This document shows positions 57,884-62,943 of a stretch of 62,943 bases of DNA, one piece after another; positions within the stretch are counted from its first letter, which is position 1, and the number at the start of each line of letters is the position of its first letter. The notes under the pieces are model-generated. The model was given only the letters and a program-made list of their open reading frames with translations, ran no database searches and was not told the DNA's origin. Made by a program: the position numbers and the translations under genes. Origin of the DNA: Pseudomonadota bacterium (lineage in GTDB: Bacteria > Bdellovibrionota > Bdellovibrionia > Bdellovibrionales > SG-bin7); contig JAWXAY010000035.1 of the NCBI GenBank assembly GCA_034439715.1, positions 1 to 62,943 of the forward strand. Reading direction: 5' to 3'.

Positions 57884-58984
57884 ATGAGTTCTAGAGCACA
57901 TGAATTTGACATCATTATTGTAGGAAGTGGGCTCAGCGGCCTATTAGTAGCCGCATCAACCAGCCACAACTATAGGGTCGCCCTTATTGAAAGCGCGGAG
58001 CTCCCTGGAGGGCTCTGTCGCCAAAATACGAGCTATAAAGACCTGACTGGGCACTTTCAAATGCTTCCCGCTAACTCAGAGACAGATGGCGCACTGGCTT
58101 ACATAGAACGCTTGCTGGCTAAGCCCCTCCATCGGGAATTAATTCATGAAAGTCCTGTGACTTTTGATGAGGGCTTTTCTCCGTTCGTTGGCTTTGGCGA
58201 AAACTCTCCTACGTTTGTTGAGGAGTTTTCTTTTTACACTCACCCTAATCGCTATTTATTGCGCGAAGGCCCCGATCAGTGGATTCATGATCTCTATGCA
58301 CGTTTTACTGGTGAGTTTTTCAATTTAAGCCAAGTTACTAAAATCGATGTTGATGATTTCGGCAGGTATTCGGTGATCATGAATGGGCAAAAAGAGATTC
58401 ACGCGCCCAAGGTCGTCTTTTGTTGCAACCCAAAACTACTTCTAGAAATTCTCCCCAACGAAAAAATTTCGCCTAAAATTCGAACTAAATTGACGCGAGG
58501 AAAGCTGTGGACCTCGGTGCTACTACAAGTTGTGCACTCCAATATAGTTTCTGACAATCTTGCGGTTCACGTGCTAAATGGCAAATCCGACTTTAAAAAC
58601 CCTTGTTTGGGCCAGTTCTATGCCCCTGTTGTTTTAGATTCTGGTTTAAAAATGCAAAACTCTCAGTGGCTCACTTTTTTGTCTGAAGCCGACGCTGAAG
58701 ATGAGGAGCTCGTTGCTGCAGCAATAAAAAGGATAAAAAAGCATGTTTCGCGCGCGTATCATGGCGCGTTAAATGACCTGAAGTACGAAAAGATTTCTGT
58801 ATTTCATGCAAGTCACGGGACCTTCTCGACAAGTGTTGATCAGATGTCCTCTCTTGTTGGCTTTAAAAACTTTTTTGTCATCAGTCCAACAATTGGTGAG
58901 GCAAAAAATATTCCTGGCCTGGTTCTCCAGGCAGAACTCTGTTCCGAGGCTCTGCTCTGTTCTCCGGGCTGTCACCCTGCATAA
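57884..58984 (+). CDS. FAD/NAD(P)-binding oxidoreductase-like protein
   Basis: DIIIVGSGLSGL...LIE.....GG Rossmann motif. Confidence 0.75.
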   Translation: MSSRAHEFDIIIVGSGLSGLLVAASTSHNYRVALIESAELPGGLCRQNTSYKDLTGHFQMLPANSETDGALAYIERLLAKPLHRELIHESPVTFDEGFSPFVGFGENSPTFVEEFSFYTHPNRYLLREGPDQWIHDLYARFTGEFFNLSQVTKIDVDDFGRYSVIMNGQKEIHAPKVVFCCNPKLLLEILPNEKISPKIRTKLTRGKLWTSVLLQVVHSNIVSDNLAVHVLNGKSDFKNPCLGQFYAPVVLDSGLKMQNSQWLTFLSEADAEDEELVAAAIKRIKKHVSRAYHGALNDLKYEKISVFHASHGTFSTSVDQMSSLVGFKNFFVISPTIGEAKNIPGLVLQAELCSEALLCSPGCHPA

Positions 58985-59071
58985 TTGGCTCTAACCCCTT
59001 AAGAAATGTTGTTTTATTGGTCAAAGTTAGATAATTCATTTTGTTAGCTCAATTACAAAACCGGAGGCTTA

Positions 59072-60019
59072 ATGGCACAAGTGACTATGAAAGAGATGCT
59101 CGATGCGGGCGTACATTTTGGACACCAAACTGAGCGGTGGAATCCACGCATGAAAAACTTTGTATTTGGAGCTCGGCAAGGCATCCACATTATCGATTTA
59201 CAAAAGTCTGTGGCGCAAGCAAAAAAGGCTGCCGAATATATCCAGAAGATTGCCGCCAGCGGTGGAAAATTAATTTTTGTTGGAACAAAAAAACAGGCTG
59301 TTGAGCCCATTTTAGAAGCTGCAAAAAAGTGTGGCCAAAGTTACATGACTAAACGTTGGTTGGGAGGCACGCTCACCAACTTCTCAACTATTAAAAACAG
59401 TATTGATCGATTGCGAAAAATTGAACAGATGAAGGACAAAGGAAACTTTGATCTATTAACAAAAAAAGAGCGTGCTAAAATAGAGAAAGAAGCTGGTCGC
59501 TTGTCTGAATACCTCGAGGGAATTCGAGACATGAAAGATACGCCAAAGGCCATGTTTGTTGTTGATATTGTTAAAGAGCACATTGCTATTGCAGAAGCGC
59601 GAAAACTTAAAATCCCCGTCATAGCGATAGTGGATACCAATGCCGACCCTACACAAGTTGATTTTCCCATCCCGGGAAATGATGATGCCATTCGCTCCAT
59701 AAAGCTCTTTGCAAACCTTATTGCGGATTCTTTTCTTGAAGGCGCAAAAGAATGGGAACAAAAACTTCGCTCAGATTCTGATAAACAAATTGACCTTGCA
59801 GATCAGAAAGATCAGCCCGTCCGCGAAAGTCGACCACGAAGTCGGACAAAGGACAGTAAGCCCGAAGCCGTCGTCGCGCCAGGCGCTGGTCCAGCGGTTG
59901 TTCGTGTTGCAAAAGCCCGAAAACTTGTTGCGGCTGGTTTAGCTGACGAAGTTGAAATCCAGATGGAGCTCGACTCAGAAAAAACAGATCAAGACGAAAC
60001 CACGCCTGAAGAAAAATAA
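59072..60019 (+). CDS. rpsB: 30S ribosomal protein S2
   Basis: AGVHFGH...WNPRM, RWLGGTLTN, PGNDDAIRSI; long C-terminal tail. Confidence 0.98.
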   Translation: MAQVTMKEMLDAGVHFGHQTERWNPRMKNFVFGARQGIHIIDLQKSVAQAKKAAEYIQKIAASGGKLIFVGTKKQAVEPILEAAKKCGQSYMTKRWLGGTLTNFSTIKNSIDRLRKIEQMKDKGNFDLLTKKERAKIEKEAGRLSEYLEGIRDMKDTPKAMFVVDIVKEHIAIAEARKLKIPVIAIVDTNADPTQVDFPIPGNDDAIRSIKLFANLIADSFLEGAKEWEQKLRSDSDKQIDLADQKDQPVRESRPRSRTKDSKPEAVVAPGAGPAVVRVAKARKLVAAGLADEVEIQMELDSEKTDQDETTPEEK

Positions 60020-60039
60020 TTTTATTCTGGAGTAAAAAT

Positions 60040-60690
60040 ATGAGTATATCTCCTGCAATAGTTAAAGAACTACGTGAGCGAACCGGCGCCGGCATGATGG
60101 ATTGCAAGCGCGCCTTACAGGAAACTAAAGGTGATTTTGAAAAAGCCGTAGATTGGTTAAGGCAAAAAGGACTCAGTGCAGCCGCCAATAAAGCTGGCCG
60201 AGTTGCCGCAGAAGGTTTAGTTCATGCCTATATTCATGGCGAGGGTCGCATTGGTGTTCTCATTGAAGTTAACTGCGAAACTGATTTTGTGGCCAGAAAT
60301 GAAAAGTTTAGGGCATTTGTAAAAGAACTCTGTATGCAAATTGCAGCAACAAACCCCCTTTGTGTTGGTCCTGAAGATTTTCAGCCGGCAATTCTAGAAA
60401 GAGAACGAGCCGTCTTAGTTGCCAAAAACAAAGAATCAGGCAAGCCAGACCATATGATCGAAAAAATAATTGTTGGCCAAATGAAAAAGTTTGTCTCTGA
60501 GAATTGTTTGCTGGAACAAAACTTTATTAAAGATCCTGACAAAAAGATTTCTCAAATTCTTTCAGAAAATATTTCCACGATTGGTGAAAATATAGTTATC
60601 CGCCGCTTCGTTCGCTATGAACTCGGCGAGGGTATTGAGAAAAAGAAACACGACTTAGCTGCAGACGTACAAGCAGCTCTTAAGGGATAA
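60040..60690 (+). CDS. tsf: Elongation factor Ts (short form)
   Basis: [23 protein letters not shown]. Confidence 0.98.
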   Translation: MSISPAIVKELRERTGAGMMDCKRALQETKGDFEKAVDWLRQKGLSAAANKAGRVAAEGLVHAYIHGEGRIGVLIEVNCETDFVARNEKFRAFVKELCMQIAATNPLCVGPEDFQPAILERERAVLVAKNKESGKPDHMIEKIIVGQMKKFVSENCLLEQNFIKDPDKKISQILSENISTIGENIVIRRFVRYELGEGIEKKKHDLAADVQAALKG

Positions 60691-60691
60691 A

Positions 60692-61408
60692 GTGGCCAAG
60701 CCAGCATATAGCCGTGTTCTTTTAAAACTAAGTGGTGAAGCACTTGCGGGAACCGTTGGCTCAGGCATTGATACCAAGACTCTCAATATAATCGCTCATG
60801 ACGTAAAAGATGCGTTTGAAACCGGAGTGGAAATTGGCGTCGTCATTGGCGGCGGCAATATTTTTCGAGGTGTTGCTGGTTCGGCCGCAAATGGTATGGA
60901 TAGAGCCACTTGCGACTATATGGGAATGCTGGCAACCAGTATCAATGCTTTAGCTCTCCAACAAGCATTTGAAAATGTAGGGTTGTACACCCGCGTTCAA
61001 TCCGCGATAACAATGAACGAAATCGCTGAACCCTATATCCGCCGGCGGGCCATAAGACATTTAGAAAAAAAGCGAATAGTTATTTTTGCGGCAGGCACAG
61101 GGAACCCTTTTTTTACAACGGATACTGCGGCGGCGCTTAGAGCTGTAGAGATAAATGCACAGGTCATTTTAAAAGCCACCAAAGTTGACGGAGTATATGA
61201 CAAAGATCCTATGAAATTTAAGGACGCAGTTAAGTTTGAAGAACTGACTTATATCGAAATGCTCAACAGAGGACTGCAAGTAATGGACTCAACTGCTGTC
61301 TCTTTAAGCATGGACAATAAGCTCCCAATAATCACTTTTAATTTATCTATTCCTGGTAATATTAGGCGTGCTATCATGGGTGAAAAAATTGGCACAATTG
61401 TTCGGTAA
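60692..61408 (+). CDS. pyrH: UMP kinase
   Basis: [25 protein letters not shown]. Confidence 0.98.
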   Translation: MAKPAYSRVLLKLSGEALAGTVGSGIDTKTLNIIAHDVKDAFETGVEIGVVIGGGNIFRGVAGSAANGMDRATCDYMGMLATSINALALQQAFENVGLYTRVQSAITMNEIAEPYIRRRAIRHLEKKRIVIFAAGTGNPFFTTDTAAALRAVEINAQVILKATKVDGVYDKDPMKFKDAVKFEELTYIEMLNRGLQVMDSTAVSLSMDNKLPIITFNLSIPGNIRRAIMGEKIGTIVR

Positions 61409-61418
61409 GGGGTGAATT

Positions 61419-61976
61419 ATGTTGGACAAGATTAAAAATGACGCCAAGGCCAAAATGGAGAAGGGCATAAACGCTCTTCGAAACGAATTAAAAAAAATTC
61501 GTACTGGAAAAGCTCATATTTCGATGTTGGATAATATTAAAGTTAATTACTACGGCACACCTACACCTCTATCTCAAACAGCAGCGATCAGTTGCCCAGA
61601 CCCGCGCTCACTAATGATCGCACCCTGGGAACCCAATCTTTTAAAAGAAATTGAAAATTCGATTATAAAAAGTGATTTGGGAATGAGTCCAATGAATGAC
61701 GGAAAAGTTATTCGATTAAAGGTCCCGACTGTAACCGAGGAGCGGCGTAAAGATTTAGTAAAAACGGCAAAAAAGATGGTCGAGGATGCACGCATTGCCG
61801 TTCGACTTGTACGGCGAGATATAAACGACGAAATAAAAAAAGGCCTAAAGGACAAAGTTTTAAGTGAAGATCAAAGCAAACAACTGACAGAACAAGTTCA
61901 AAAAATTACTGATGACTTCATGGAACAAATAGACAAAGTGTCTGCTGAAAAAGAAAAAGATGTAATGACAATTTGA
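61419..61976 (+). CDS. frr: Ribosome recycling factor
   Basis: IRTGKA, YYG..TPL, TEERRK, VRRD. Confidence 0.97.
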   Translation: MLDKIKNDAKAKMEKGINALRNELKKIRTGKAHISMLDNIKVNYYGTPTPLSQTAAISCPDPRSLMIAPWEPNLLKEIENSIIKSDLGMSPMNDGKVIRLKVPTVTEERRKDLVKTAKKMVEDARIAVRLVRRDINDEIKKGLKDKVLSEDQSKQLTEQVQKITDDFMEQIDKVSAEKEKDVMTI

Positions 61977-62752
61977 GCCAAAGGGATTTCATCAACTTGA
62001 ATCAACCACATCACATTGCAATTATAATGGACGGGAATGGGCGCTGGGCAGAGCTAAAAAATCACTCGCGAATATTTGGGCATGCTAAGGGCGCCAAGGT
62101 CTCAAAGGTCATTATTGAAGAATGTGTTCGTCTTAAGATTCCCTATCTAACCCTGTTCGCCTTTAGCAATGAGAACTGGCAACGGCCAAACTATGAGATT
62201 CATTTTTTAATGCGCCTTTTGCGAAGATATTTGCAGCGCGAGCGCGAAAGCTTGATGAAACAAAATATTCGCTTTCTAAGCATAGGTGAGCTCACGAGGC
62301 TTCCAGAAGCCGCACGCAATGAAGTTTATAAAACCATAGAAGCTACTAAAAACAATACCGGATTAAAACTGGTCTTTGCCTTAAGCTACGGTGGTCGCCA
62401 AGAAATTCTCGGAGCCGTCAAAGCGCTCTGCGAAAAGGCAGCCCGGGGCGAAATTACGCCGGAACAAATTGACGAGCCCCTCTTTCGACAATACATGGAA
62501 AGCGCGAACATTCCTGACCCCGACTTAATTATTCGCACGAGTGGCGAAACTCGAATATCAAATTTTTTCTTATGGGAGTCTGCTTACAGCGAAATTCATT
62601 TTACTAAAGCACTTTGGCCTGATTTTAGCGCCCAAGATCTTTGGGCTGCTCTCGCCACTTACAGTCGACAGGAGCGGCGCTTTGGTAAAACAAGCAAGCA
62701 AGTGCAGGAGGCCCGGGCTCAAATCTTACTTGATGAGCCGGCCCAGATTTGA
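61973..62752 (+). CDS. uppS: Undecaprenyl diphosphate synthase
   Basis: HIAIIMDGNGRWA, FS.ENW.RP, IRTSGE.RISNF.LW. Confidence 0.97.
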   Translation: MSQRDFINLNQPHHIAIIMDGNGRWAELKNHSRIFGHAKGAKVSKVIIEECVRLKIPYLTLFAFSNENWQRPNYEIHFLMRLLRRYLQRERESLMKQNIRFLSIGELTRLPEAARNEVYKTIEATKNNTGLKLVFALSYGGRQEILGAVKALCEKAARGEITPEQIDEPLFRQYMESANIPDPDLIIRTSGETRISNFFLWESAYSEIHFTKALWPDFSAQDLWAALATYSRQERRFGKTSKQVQEARAQILLDEPAQI

Positions 62753-62943
62753 TGTCTAATCTTGTCCAAAGAATATTTTCTGCCCTAGTTGCTCTCGGCG
62801 TACTCGCTTTGGGACACCACTTTGGCACATTAGGTGTTTTTTGTCTTTGCCTATTGGCCTCAATTTTAAGTCTGTTTGAATTTTCAGGATTGTGGCCAAA
62901 GCTAGAGTCTGAACAAAATTCGTCCACGCCTCTAATTTATCGC
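62752..62943 (+). CDS. cdsA: Phosphatidate cytidylyltransferase, 5' part
   Basis: ATG overlaps the uppS stop. MSNLVQRIFSALV...LFEF hydrophobic start and conserved uppS-cdsA order. Confidence 0.8.
   Translation, partial: MSNLVQRIFSALVALGVLALGHHFGTLGVFCLCLLASILSLFEFSGLWPKLESEQNSSTPLIYR

Noticed and set aside
59760..60690. Long S2 C-terminal tail and short EF-Ts
   Set aside because: Both are common variants in this part of the bacterial tree.

Overview
AT-rich bacterial chromosome segment. Gene content and order suggest a Bdellovibrionota (predatory Bdellovibrionales-like) organism; this is an inference, not a phylogenetic result. Most of the window is housekeeping: mreB, amn, glpD, pepP, tlyA-ispA-xseB-xseA, PBP1A-uvrA-msbA, amgK-murU, nagZ-pfkA, galU-priA and rpsB-tsf-pyrH-frr-uppS-cdsA. 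Features missing from the ORF track include a 6S RNA gene (21595-21764), a 41-aa very basic protein (51018-51143), about eight sigma28/FliA-type and four sigma54-type promoters, and a recurring TGTC-N9-GACA palindrome beside the sigma28 promoters. A 34-bp duplication of the murU 3' end brackets a nonsense-broken AAA_14/DUF4143 gene. The best candidate for an undescribed system is a sigma28-driven, translationally coupled operon of three exported Gly-rich proteins with hydrophobic helices and a shared C-terminal motif, directly downstream of a Tad/TadG-like pseudopilin gene (40025-45711). A second candidate is a sigma28 -> PocR-bEBP -> sigma54 -> pseudo-bEBP/amgK/murU cascade. No tRNA, rRNA or CRISPR array was seen. 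All family calls come from motif recognition by eye.
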